Shown piece by piece: positions 41,628 to 54,347 of a stretch of DNA of 64,000 bases. The stretch is from NCBI RefSeq assembly GCF_000485595.1, contig NW_014577077.1, positions 392,625 through 456,624 on the forward strand. Direction: 5' to 3'. Each line of letters starts with the position of its first letter. Within the stretch, counting starts at the first letter, position 1. The notes under the pieces are model-generated. The model did not search any database. It was not told the DNA's origin and saw only the letters and a program-made list of their open reading frames with translations. This DNA comes from Priapulus caudatus. Its lineage: Eukaryota. Both the position numbers and the translations under genes were made by a program.

Positions 41628-43746
41628 TATATATATCCCACCAATATACGTGATACCATATGATGAGCAGCGTTGGCGAAACTACGTACGTGCCGTCGGT
41701 TTTTCTTGATCCACCCGATTTCTCTCGGTTTCCAGATCAGATTTCAGCAAATGCACAAACAAACGTCCATGAAATGCGTGGACGCGTATTAACGCCCACG
41801 CTGCTAACTGACAGCCAGTGCGTCATTCGTGCTATAGAGAGCTTCTAACGGCTCATTAGTCACAAGCAGATATAAGGTTACATTTTATAGACGAAATTGA
41901 GTAGAAGATAAAGCAGTAGACGAGATATATGTTTGTGATCGTGTTCGTGTGTGCGGTTGAGCGTTCGTGAGGCGGTCGGCGAGTAGCAATTTGCGCGTGT
42001 GCGCGCGCACTCGCGTGTCTACGTGCGTGGGTGTGCATAGACATGTGGTGATGTCTTGTGCAAGTGGGCTTCCGTGCATTCCTATATACATGTAAATTCC
42101 CCTGTACATATATAGCTTATAATAAGCATACATTGGAGACGCATGAAGCTCTCTTGCGGCTAGGTAATGCCTGTTCAAATATCCTACTGTACTGTAGTGA
42201 TAATGTAACGTAAGTGCATGGTCGGTCTCTCCGTCGAAAGCATTTCAATGAAATCAATGTTTGTACGGCGGGACTGAATGTTTAAAGCTGTTTAGCAAGT
42301 CTCAAAATCCTCCTTTGGCATTTCTCCGGTTTACGATTTACTTGTGGCCAGTACTAGTGTGATGACTAGTAAAGCCTGCCGAGTGAGTGTAAAGCGAAAT
42401 GCCGTAATACGTTCGCGCGTACCTACCTGCGTGGGCGCTGCGTCTACGCTCTCGCGCCCTTTTCCGTCCTGTCATCCCCACGCAGCGCATCGACGAAACG
42501 TCTCGGTCTAATCGCGCTAGATGCCTCAACAGCGGCATTTGCCACGGAAAATACATTTGCGCGACACGGGTTGTGATTAAAAGCACGATTAAGTTAAGGC
42601 TATTGTAAGTAATCGAGTGGTTCTATGCGAGCAAGCTAGCGTCGTAGTCAACGTTACCATCGCGGATATCGGTTGCCATTAGGCTGTACGTCACAACTGC
42701 ATGCATCATTTACAGTGAGTGACATATGTCGTAACGACGTCCTCAAATGTGAAACCGTGTGCTATATATTACTGGCCTATCCGGCGCATAGTAATTTTTG
42801 CGTATGTCGTTTCTTATTATGCATGCGCGCAAAAACGGATACCGGCGTTATATAATACTATCTAAACGTCGGAATCAGCGGCAATGACGGTCTATGGCGG
42901 ATCCCCAGTTAAAGGCTCCTGTTGGGAGAAGATAAGGTAGTGTTACTACTTACTGATAACACTGCTTAGGCTCAGAATGTAACACCCACGGGCATGCAAT
43001 CACCCGTGACGCACGTGGTGATTGCTGTACACATTATATATCTTCGCTACATCTTCACTTGCTTCTCAGATCCGACGCCTTCCAAACGAAGTACATTGTT
43101 ACTCAATCTCATCATTATCCAGCGCGATTAATTTTACATAGATAAAGTAATGTCCGCGCGGTTCCGCACGCGCAGCGGTAATCTTATAATTAAGATTATT
43201 TAGCGCAAAGATTATTCGGCGCAATGTCGCATCGATTAGTGGCGACGAACTGCATGTGTGCTTTTAAACTGATTGCATATTCAACGGAATGGCAGCCACC
43301 ACCGCACATCGGCGATCCATGGACGTTTTTTTACGACAGGGACAATAATTGGTAGCGTTTGAAGTGCTGCTGCAAACTCCAACGCGGGGCTCGATCATTA
43401 CATTGGGTGGAACGAACGAACACGATTGCGTGTGCACTTTGCGAATGATGGAACTCGACGAGCGGAGCGCGACTGAATCAGTAGATTTTGTTTCGCCTGC
43501 GTCGACGACTGCGTCAGAAGACGACGGCCACTGATTCAATAGTTTCTCGGATATTCCGCGTGTGACATTTACCATATATTAACTGCTAGCGATGAAGTGC
43601 GATGTCGATATCGATCCACGAATCGATCTCGCGCGAAAATTGATTCAAGGCTAGCACGAGCAGATGATAAATCTACGCACCTGTTGACAGACTGTTGAAG
43701 CTGCTCTTGATAACATGTCGCGTTCCAAGGAACAGTACTAAGCACG

Positions 43747-43980
43747 CTTTTGCTATCGTGATTTTTGTCTGTTCGAATACCTCAACGTTAAACATTGTTA
43801 AAACATCACTGCGTAAAACAAAGGAGACTTTCGCTTTCCTTGGAATTTGTTCTATGATTAGCTAACAGTGTCATGGACGAAATAGTTTTTTTTATCTACT
43901 CTGCATGTATTTTTACCACGGAGGACAAGTAAATCCGTCTATAGTGTCAATTGCTACGTATCTGATACTTCGGGTATACA

Positions 43981-44024
<44 letters not shown>

Positions 44025-44500
44025 CGTGTGCGTGCGTGCCTGCGTGCGTGTGTACAAGGCATTCAGAGAGGAAGAGAAGGCATGAGCAAGAGCGAGCGAA
44101 GGCAAGAGGGGGAGAGACAAGCGTCAGCATCTATTCTGCTCGATGTGCTTGCTCGATCGTCGCCGCGGGCCATAGCCCGTTAATGCATATGCTGAAATAA
44201 TGTCAACAAATCAATCAATCCCGTCCTAAATCGTGCGTGTTGAGTAGCCAGTAGCTTTTGCTATCGTGATTTTTTGTCTGTTCGAATACCTCAACGTTAA
44301 ACATTGTTAAAACATCACTGCGTAAAACAAAGGAGACTTTCACTTTCCTTGGAATATGGTCTACGATTAGCTAACAGTGTCATGGACGAAATAGTTTTTT
44401 TTATCTACTCTGCATGTATTTTTACCACGGAGGACAAGTGAATCCGTCTACTCTATAGTGTCAATTGCTACGTATCTGATGCTTCTGGTATACAAGTTTG
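43747..44500 (+). repeat. Local duplication mosaic: 43747-43985 repeated at 44255-44500, enclosing a copy (44030-44250) of 39860-40078
   Basis: Direct sequence matches; junction at a (GT)n tract. Confidence 0.85.
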
Positions 44501-45173
44501 CTGGCATAGGCAAACACGTATTTAAATAATAAGAAACGTAAATATTAAACGTTTCTAGGAAGATAGTGTAAATATAGGTGCACGTACAAGGCCAATGATA
44601 GACGGTTTCTTTACCTTTGGTGTATTGATGGGCGGGCTTTTAAGAACGGAACATATCGAAAACCTAGAGTGTGCCTGTGTCAGCGTCACATACAGGGTCG
44701 GCATCGGCACATACAATTCTATAGCTGAAATATCCGCACAGCAGCACGAATGCTATGTCAACACAATCCCACATGTTTTTTTCTTATACGGATTCTCTGA
44801 ATTGACAGTCAGTGACTATGTTTGTGTCAGTGTTCGCGGTGAACACGTTGCGAGTTTCTGTGGTTATCGTAGACGGGCTCCGTTCTATTGCATCAACATA
44901 TCACTGTTGCATCAACCTGGTTGGCGCAGCCATATGGACGTTTGGAATCAGTCTATCGAGCCTCGTTTAGAGTAGGATGAAGGGCGCGCTGACGTTTTGT
45001 CACACGTACCTCAGAGCATACATTGCGTCACTCGCTGTTGATACGACCGAATATTACGCATGTCCACGCGCGTCATCTAGCAATGCCCTCCCACATGTGT
45101 GGCGCGCATTGCACGGTATTCATGGAAACCATAGCCACCGCTAGTGTGCGCGGGATGCTGACGGACGGTCACC

Positions 45174-45206
<33 letters not shown>

Positions 45207-45284
45207 GCTGCTGCTGCCGCTGCTGCTGCTGCTGCCGCTGCTGCTGCTGCTTGTGGTGGTATTGCTGCTACTGCTATACTGCTG

Positions 45285-45316
<32 letters not shown>

Positions 45317-45436
45317 ACTACTACTACTACTACTATTGCTGCTTCTACTACTACTGCTACTGCTACTGCTGCTGCTAGTGGTGGTGGTGTTGCTGCTGCT
45401 CCTATACTGCTGCTACGGCTGCTGCTACTACTACTG

Positions 45437-45468
<32 letters not shown>

Positions 45469-45770
45469 ACTGCGGCTGCTGCTGCTGCTGCTACTACTAC
45501 TGCTACTGCTGCTGCTGCTGCTGCCGCTGCTGCTACTATTACTGCTGCTACTGTTGCTGCTACTGCTCCTGCTGCTGCTGCTGCTGTTGCTGCTGAGACG
45601 GCTGCTGCTACTACTACTGCTGCTGCTGCTACTGCTACTGCTACTGCCCCTGCTACTGCTACTGCTACTGCTACTACTACTGCTACTGCTGCTGCTACTG
45701 CTACTGCTACTGCTACTGCTACTACTACTGCTACTGCTGCTGCTACTGCTACTGCTGCTGCTGCTACTGC
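45174..45770. repeat. ~600-bp (CTG/CTA)n trinucleotide repeat
   Basis: Direct reading; gives poly-L/C/A ORFs. Confidence 0.92.
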
Positions 45771-47359
45771 ACCGCGCTTTATGATTAGCGGGCGGCTCCC
45801 TTTATGTGAGCCCCGCGAGTAATTACGTAAGCGTGGCACGCGCGGGAAAGACGCATGTGTCGCAACAGCAGTGATCACTCATTATGTATTAGATAGCGTC
45901 AGCAAACGACAGGCGGCGGCAGGCCGGCACGAGCACCATTCTCAAGCCGCAAACGTAGCAATAGGGCATTTGGGCATAGGGTAATTGGGCATAGGGTAAT
46001 TGGGCGGCACGGCGGTTTAAAGAGACAGGCATTTGCATTTCAGGTGCTGCGAACATGTGTATACATGTGTGCCGGCATAGCGCGTTTTACTCGAGCTTAC
46101 TGTTCATGCAAAGACTATTGATCAATAGTGGTCCGTATGCGCGGGAAAACCAGCGACATTTATGGCAATGCGTCTTATACGATATCTGATGAAACGTCGG
46201 TGGGTGGGTGGTGGTCTGGCCCAACCGAGAAGACCTGATACACCGATTCCTGTCGCTTTAGTCGCTTACACGCTGCCAACTCATCAACAGCCTTTAGCAG
46301 CCTTCATCACTGCAACGACCGTTACTGCTGTCCTGGTATTCCCCTGAATATCACTCCATCAACATGTGACGTTACTGTATTCTATTAGCTCCACTCCTCT
46401 AATACCAGTTCCCCATCCCAAGATCACACACGTAACTACATCCCTGCGTGGCATTCCTGATGCCGCTCCCCAACGTGTGCCATTCGAATGGCGGAGATCT
46501 CCTAAACCCAATATAGTACGTTTGAAAAATCTCCGGCTGACTCGTATAGCTTCAGATCGGTTTGCATCAGCGCTGGGTGCTTGCTGGTGCAGCTTCTCCT
46601 GTACGTGACTCTTGCTGCTGCTATTTAATCTACTCCGCTATAGCCGTCTTAGACACAGGCACTTGGAGCGTTTCAATAAAATATAATGCTAAATAAATAC
46701 GAAATCTATTTACTACCAAAGTCTTAATGTTTCTCTACTCTCTTTCAACCTATTATTGCCGACAATTCCTGCTAAATGGGCCTTTCCCAATGCCTGCATC
46801 TTGACGCACTGTCACACGCTGGCCACCCGGCACGCTAGCTTCTGCCCCACTGACACTAAATCTTAAAAACTATATAATTATATGTCGTTCACGTTGATAC
46901 AGCCAGCTAAGGTGCGTGTCTTCGTCGTGTTTAGCAGAATGAGCATTTGACCGAATTTACACGGTGCTTATAGGCGAATAGAGTAGCAGAAACATTAAGG
47001 ATTTGGCTATTGTAAATAATTTCGCTGTTTATTTACCATTTATTTCTGTTTATAAGGACGTTCCAGGTGCTGTGGTCTGTAGACGAGAGCAGCTAGCGGA
47101 TGTGATAACAATCTTGCTAGGCCCCACTCAGACGGTGCGCAGCGCTGACACAGACACAGACCAACACGCACGCACGCCACGACACGCACACAGCAATGCA
47201 CAACAACACACACCACACACACACACACACACATGCCAACACACACACCACGCGGCGCGCACAACACACACGCGCACGCCACGCCACACAACGCACGCAC
47301 GGCACACACGACGACGCACACACACCGCACGCCGCAGTACGCCGACGCAGCACGCACAC

Positions 47360-47410
<51 letters not shown>

Positions 47411-49508
47411 AAAACATCAGATGCAGCACGTGCGTGTAGTAGGCGATTAGTACGGCCATCGTCCTTGAAACAATTGAAATCTCCCTTCACACGGCGCGCC
47501 CGATTCATGTCGTACGCCGGATGCAGACATATTACATGGAAATTGCCATGAATCTCGGCAACAGAAAATCTAATTAAACGAGCGTGAATGCATCGTCGCT
47601 GGATCGTTAGAGAAAGCAATCGTTATCGCCTTGATAACGGCAAAGTTGCTTTAATCTCTAAACGACCGCGCCCTCGTTGTGTATATTATTATCGTGAGAA
47701 AGCTTATCGTTACATAAGAATGACCAGTATAATATTCATCAGTGGTTTCTCCTATTCGTGCGCATCAGTCGTTGGTTCTACAAGGATATGTAATCAGTCT
47801 ACAGGCAGCCTATACTATAGACACCGTATAACTTCTCGGTTTCGCTTAGTTATGTCAGTATATTACTAACGTCCTTGTCGCACCAAGGATGGCTAATGCT
47901 GAGTGCAGTCTTTAATTCGAACGCTGCCATTACGAGAGGCTGCACAGGCTCATTACGATAGGCACCGTATCCCGCAGGGACGGCCATTCTGACTGAAAAT
48001 ACATACAAACCGCAGCAATTAATAATAGTTACACGCACGCACTGCATGGCCATGCCTCGCGCACGGGCAACAACGGCGTCTTCATCCGCCACGTTCCTAT
48101 ATCAGGTCATGATAACAGAAGTCATGCTGCGAACGTGACACCGACTGGAATTAATTAATACAACCTCCGACTGAGCTGCTTTGTGATTTTATGAAATTTA
48201 TGTGTACGTTCGTTCGTTCGTGCGTGCGGGCGCGCGCGCGTGTGTGTATGTGTGTGTGCGTGCGTACGTGCGTGTGTGCTTGCGTGCGTGCGTGCGTGTG
48301 CGTGTGCGTGTGCGCGCGCGTGTGTGTGTGTGCGTGCGTGCGTGCGCACGTGCGCGCGTGCGTGTGTTGCACTTATTTAACTGCTCATGCACTGTCGGTG
48401 TTCCGCTTGTACTTGACTCGAGCGTGCCGCATGAACACCCTTCACTAAAAGTTGTCGCATAGTTTTTCTTATCTGAAATTAATCGCACCGAAAGTATTCC
48501 TCTGGGGATCCCAAGACCACATCACAGTTCACATTCTACACGCACAAATCCTTCCTATATATAGGGCTTGCGGTAGACATCCAGTCAGCCGATGTCGGCG
48601 CTGAGGAATACGCGACGGGAGTATAGAAGATCAAGCCACACGTGAGGCTCTTCGCTCTTAGACACACATGCTGAACATGATGTAAACGTCAGACACACAG
48701 TGCAGCGTTTGTTCGTTCCACGCTAACGTTAGTCGCAGCGAGGCGGTCGCTGTGTGCGAAGGCGATCCGAGTGCAATATGATAGTTGACAATTTTCGTAA
48801 ACAATCTACGTGATTTCACCGTTACTGTCCTATCGTTAATTTTATTTTTTTTAGTTATCGTTTAGTTTATTTTCGTTTTTTTTATCACGTACAAACATGG
48901 TGTCGGAACGCAACACGCCAGGGGAACGTGTATACCGTCCATACAGCTAACGTGCTCGCCAAAATATTTCTAAATACACGACGTTTTTTTACGACTCGAG
49001 AAAACATCTCATCTTAAAGTGACTACGTCACGTATTTTCTATGGTAAAATTTGTAAAATTTTTGTTGCCATTTTTTTACATTAAAAGTAAGAACTAACGG
49101 GACTAAACGTATCGTCAAATTCTTACCTGATAAGATTGTTTCTCAACTAGCTAAAAATCCAAAAAACCTGGACGATTTGATATTAGTGTTCATAACATAA
49201 ATTGCTTGCTATGGGCTATGTATGAGTCACGAGTGTATGTTCACATCGAACAATATAGTAAAATAAGAAGTATAATGCAGCAATTTGACCATAAAAAGTG
49301 AACAGAATCAGATTTTTTTTTTACCATTTACGGTGACATAATCACTTTAAACAATACGGCGTAGGGTGAATATTATGTTCGTAGAACCAGTTGATGAGTA
49401 TGTGAATGGATTTTTGATGGTATTTGAACGAATTCCGATGAGTTGACGATGGCCGAAAATTTGAACAGATTACTATGACCGAAGGGCTGAGGCTGTTGTT
49501 GATAACAT

Positions 49509-49576
49509 CAAGAGCTAAGCATTAATTACAATTCATTACGATTATGTAACACAGATACTTGTGTTATTAGCTCTTG
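49509..49576. mobile_element. 68-bp CAAGAGCTAA...TTAGCTCTTG element with perfect 7-bp TSD, putative P-type footprint
   Basis: ATAACAT at 49502-49508 and 49577-49583. Confidence 0.7.
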
Positions 49577-51052
49577 ATAACATGCCCTTGTATGAAACGT
49601 TTCCAAATATACGTTCACTGGTGATCCGTGAGCAGCAGAACGTGAATTTTGATGGTGTTACAATAAAAAATGTAAATACAACGCTTCGGTAACAGCAGAT
49701 AATCACGTGAATTATTCGCTTTCATATACAATTGCGTTGAGAAAATACGGCCCCATGCAGGCTTGAAATTAACGCACATGCAAAATTTACGTTTCACATG
49801 GGGGGCGGTCAGTTAGGTTTCTGGCGTGCGCTGCCTGTTAAATTTCATTTTCCATAAAATGTAATGATCCATGTGTGCCGACCAGCTGTTTTCTACACGG
49901 ACTTACAGTTTGCGTGAAGCTTCAGCGCAAGTACAGAGGTTTAGCGTAAGCACGGCATTCGTTCGGCTGACAGACAGCAGACTGTAAAATACGAAACATT
50001 ACCGTATACGCTTGCCGATCAACGCCTTGCCGCGAACCTTGCTTTCTGTGTGTTAATGTACACGGCTTCAATAAATACAGACTGTGTTTGTGAAACCTTC
50101 CGTAACAGTCTGCTCGCGCGCAAGCGCTAGTGAGAGAACGATCCTCGTCTCTTTGACAGTGTCTATGGTACAGCGCTTAGCATGCCCGTCATGTTTTGAC
50201 ACGGGAATTACATTAAATATGTAATTTATATTCGAACGTACTGCGGTAGTTCAGTGGTTATTGTCACCATATTTCACTGCGAGTTCTATCCGGGGCATGG
50301 CAGTGTATATTCTCAAGGTGTAAATAACATTGAGACGGAACTACGTAAAATGTAAATGTAGTGGCCTACGTGGCTCGGATGACTACGTAAAATGGCGGGC
50401 CCGTCTCTAGTAATGGGGATTAAAATGAAACGCTGGGGATGGAAGTCCCTAACTAAAACCCGGGCCCCTATGACGGGGGTTGGACATGGAACCAATCCTC
50501 CCGTTCTGTAACAAAAGGTTATTTGGGGTGACGGGGTGATGGGCGATGACGGTAATTTGGAACTAATTTCTAGCCCTATTCTCCACGTGGAGAAAAAGGA
50601 ACCCTGTCATTTATTTGTTTCTTTGTACATCCCTACGTTCATGTTTTCCTTAAAATGATATTTACGTGGGTGTGTGTGTGTGTGTGTGCGTGCGTGCGTG
50701 CGTGAGTGAGTGAGTGAGTGAGTGCGTGAGTGAGTGCGTAAGTGCGTGCGTGCGTGCGTGTGTGTCTGTGTGTATATATACATATATATACATATATATA
50801 CACATAAATAAATAAATAAATAAATATATATATATATATACGTGCAGTTACACATTCTCAGGCGCCAGCAAGCATGCACGTATGCACGCGCGTATCTGCG
50901 TGATTCGCACGCACGTTCACACGAAAATGTATGTTTGTGCGCTTCAATATAATAATATATTGCTGCTGCGTATCGTATAATCACTAGACACCGCGTGCTA
51001 GCCATCGCCTAGGTGATATTAACTCGGTGCGTTTTTCCGCTCGCTCTTACAG

Positions 51053-51885
51053 GATACGGCCACTCGTGCCCGGCGTCCGTGGAAGGCAAGGTGTTCTGCA
51101 TGGCCTACGCACTCATGGGCATCCCGCTGACGCTCGTCATGTTCCAGGCGATCGGCGAGCGTCTGAACACTTTCACGGCGTACATCCTGAAAAACTGCAA
51201 GCGGTGTCTGAAAATGAAGAGCACCGAGGTAACGGAGACGAATCTCATCATGGTGATATCGACTGTGAATTCGATCGTGATGACGTCCGGCGCCGCCTAC
51301 TTCGACTACTACGAAGACTGGGGCTACATTAACTCCTTCTACTACTGCTTCATCACACTGACGACGATCGGCTTCGGCGACTTCGTCGCGCTGCAGCAGG
51401 AGAACGCGCTGAAGGAGACGCCCGAGTACGTCGCCTTCGTGCTCGTGTTCATCCTCTTCGGATTGACAGTCGAGTCTGCGGCGCTGAACTTGCTCGTGCT
51501 GCGCTTCATCACGATGAACACCGAGGACGAGAAGCGCGAGGAGGCGGAAGCGCAGGCCGCCGCGCAGGTCGGCGTGCGGCTCGAGGGTGACGTCATCACG
51601 GCGAACGGCAGCGTCATTTCTGGCGGCGAACTCGACCTCACCGACGAGTACAACGATACGGTGTCCGTGTGCTCGTGCTCGTGTTACGGCCGTAGTAATA
51701 AAAAACACCGATATAAAGTGACCAGATCTCCTGGTCGGATATCGCACTTGTTACCGCTACATACCCTAGATTCAAGCGGCAGAGACGATCTCTATACAAA
51801 CTACGTAACAGATATAATTGATGAGAAAAACTCGAATATTTCACCGGCGCCTGAAACCCCAAATCGAAAGAGGGCGTCCATCTAG
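51053..51885 (+). CDS. sup-9/Task6: TASK-subfamily K2P channel, coding exon 2 (filter 1, M2, M3, P2 TIGFGD, M4, X-gate VLRFIT, C-tail ending RKRASI)
   Basis: GYGHSCP...GKVFCMAYALMGIPLTLVMFQAIGERLN...YYCFITLTTIGFGDFVALQ...LNLLVLRFITMNTEDEKR. The tail motifs LEGDVITANGS and SPGRISHLLP resemble insect Task6 as I recall it. TAG stop at 51883-51885; the spliced protein is 371 aa. Confidence 0.96.
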
Positions 51886-53204
51886 CAGATAGTAGAGTAG
51901 AATAGGTTTATACGGCTGTAAGTATTCATTGTACAGTAAAAATATGCCGGGGAGTTTGGTGGCACGTTGTTGCCATGGTGTGGTGTTGATAGTATCTCAC
52001 AGTCTGTCGAACAATTCGACAGTGGATAAATGCCATTATAAGCGTCGACAAAGAGGTGTCTTTGTTTTGAGAAATTGTTATCATAATCACTCAGGAATGA
52101 GTCCTTGCAAGCTGTTATAGACTTTTCCTACATGTCGTTTATTCCAATCTAAGGTTGCTTTAATCGTTATTATATATAAGTACTGATCGACATTTACTAG
52201 TTTATGGAGTAATAGTGCCGCATGGAGATTTACACCCATTAGTAACAGCTTTGCCTACAAAACCACAGAATTATGAGGAATCATAGCCGTTGCGCTGACA
52301 TCACAGAGTGACTGGCTGCGTGGCATTTCTATTGGCATACTATTTTGTAGAAAACGTCTTTTGAAACAACGCCCTATCAAAACACGAACAAACCTGTGGC
52401 AATAATCTAACTGACGTAAATTGAAACAGAACTCTCGTTCGTTAATCACATATTTCCGCTGTTAACTGGAATGGTTTGTAGGCTAAAACGTGACAAAATA
52501 AGAAACCGTATAGCATTTTTTAAATTCAGCAGCTAAACACAGAAATGGTTCCTTGTCGGTCTGGCCTAGATATAGACGTCCACTATTGGCAGTGACAGCT
52601 GGAGAACTCGTTGGTGGGTTTTGCGAAACCTGCATGCATCTATAACTATATTTCGATGTCACAAAAAACGTTCCGAAGATCCTCATGCAAAGAGCTTATA
52701 TCGGGGCCCTAAGGCAATAACTTTAATCAATTGAATTATTAGTAACTATTTCCTTATGCTTTCTCTCGCGCTGTCAGCGATTGGAAAGGTTCTCTACGTG
52801 AAAGCAGGGCGTATATAATTGTGCCTAATCAGCTCCCAGAGAATAATATTCCATTACGTACCTCTCTCATGATCTAACCACTTCCTTTCTTAATCGCTCT
52901 ATGTTAGCAATTAGCTTTAGAACTACAATCCTTCGCACTGCTACAGGCCTGTGGCAGAGCGAAGGGCTATAGTTATAGAGCTATGTTAGCAATCAAACAT
53001 CAACATAACGTAGCTAACAGAGACGTTGTAATTTACTGCTGATGCCACGCACAGGAGCCACCCCATGTTATATTGCACGTTAAAAATCACCGAACTTCGC
53101 TTAGCATTGAATAGATAATCGGAGCGTGTATACCGCACAGATATTAAAGCTATCTTGATGTACTGCCCTAGTAGGGCTGCAGGGTATGGCATGTCACTTA
53201 TTAT

Positions 53205-53268
53205 CAAGAGTCCATAATAGAAAATTCTTCTAGAAAATTCTAATTGATTTTTCTATTATGGACCCTTG
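53205..53268. mobile_element. 64-bp hairpin with perfect 7-bp TSD, putative P-type footprint
   Basis: 20-bp arms CAAG(A/G)GTCCATAATAGAAAA; TTATTAT on both sides. Confidence 0.75.
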
Positions 53269-53854
53269 TTATTATCAAACATATCACGGAAGTCGTTGAT
53301 GCATTCCACGCATATGCGCGCACGCACGCGCGCACGGCCTCTTTTACCGTATCTTCTATCCCCTTGCGTTAATGCGCACATGCATATGCAATGCAGCTCA
53401 AGCTGGTACGCTGTTGCTATAGGTGTCGGTCGTAAATTCATAAAAGACAGGGGGAATTTTATTATAGGATTACACGAGTAGGTGGGTGCGCTGACTAATC
53501 CTTCTCAGTACAGTTATAGCAATGTTTCTGCGATCAACGCATTCCCACCGCATATAGAATTTAACTCTTCGTGTAGTATTTATGTTTCTATGCGTTTTAA
53601 ACATTAAATTACTATCGTGCACCGCGTAACCGCCTGGGTGCATCACTTATGTCAATTGCCTAGTATCAAGCAAGAGGTTGTGTTCAATGCTATGCACTAG
53701 ATGAACGTCGATAATAGCGGGGCTGAAGCAGAGCAGTAGGGCCAAAGTAGCTGCGTATTATCCGTTGGAACGATACTGGCTCCAACCGCGGTTCAACTAC
53801 GCCTCAAGTGTACCATGGTTAGTGATTGTTGCGTCACTTGACAAATGGCCCTCT

Positions 53855-54347
53855 CCGGAGCGGCGCCAGGGAAAGTGACAGGGGGCTACAGCTCCCCCAT
53901 TAAAAAGGCTTAGCCTCCCTCCCCGTCCGGGGAAAATCAGTAACTAGTCGGAGAATGATCTACGAAAAAAATTTGCAGTCGCTCTTCATCTGTAGCGCTG
54001 TGCTATTCCCAACAACGCATGAAAACAGTTAGCAAAATAAAGGGCTGATTTTTGTACGATACATATTATATCAGGAGTCTATCAATATATATTGATAGAC
54101 TCCTGATTATATTACAATACATCAATAGTCAAAAATATAACAATCATTTCCTGCTAAAAGCGTTCCAGATGCCACTTCAATTCAAGTATTCAAATTCGGG
54201 GGAGATTCGGATTCCCTAGGCTTAGGTATAGCCTATGGTTCCGTAGTTGCAGTGTGAGTGTAACTCTCCCTCTCCTATTGGGAACGTTTACCCCCCCCCT
54301 TCCCGGACCTTAGATCCTGTGTCGGACACTCTTTGGTGCCACGCCTG
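53855..54347. mobile_element. Degenerate hAT-like MITE
   Basis: CCGGAGCGGCGCCAG ... TGGTGCCACGCCTG ends with subterminal G/C runs. Confidence 0.35.
54072..54105. mobile_element. Perfect 34-bp palindrome (17+17) with 7-bp TSD, putative P-type excision footprint
   Basis: ATTATAT|CAGGAGTCTATCAATAT-ATATTGATAGACTCCTG|ATTATAT. Confidence 0.8.

Noticed and set aside
45023..45878. Poly-Leu/Cys/Ala ORFs
   Set aside because: Translation of a (CTG/CTA)n repeat.
50243..50303. tRNA-like A box (TAGTTCAGTGG) and B-box-like GAGTTCTATCC
   Set aside because: No cloverleaf can be folded; possibly a SINE head relic but unsupported.
51013..51052. N-terminal extension MILTRCVFPLALT of the 290-aa ORF
   Set aside because: This is the polypyrimidine tract and acceptor; the start is GTG, not a real initiation site.
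51019..51747. 242-aa antisense ORF
   Set aside because: Shadow of high-GC3 codons on the channel exon; no recognisable family.
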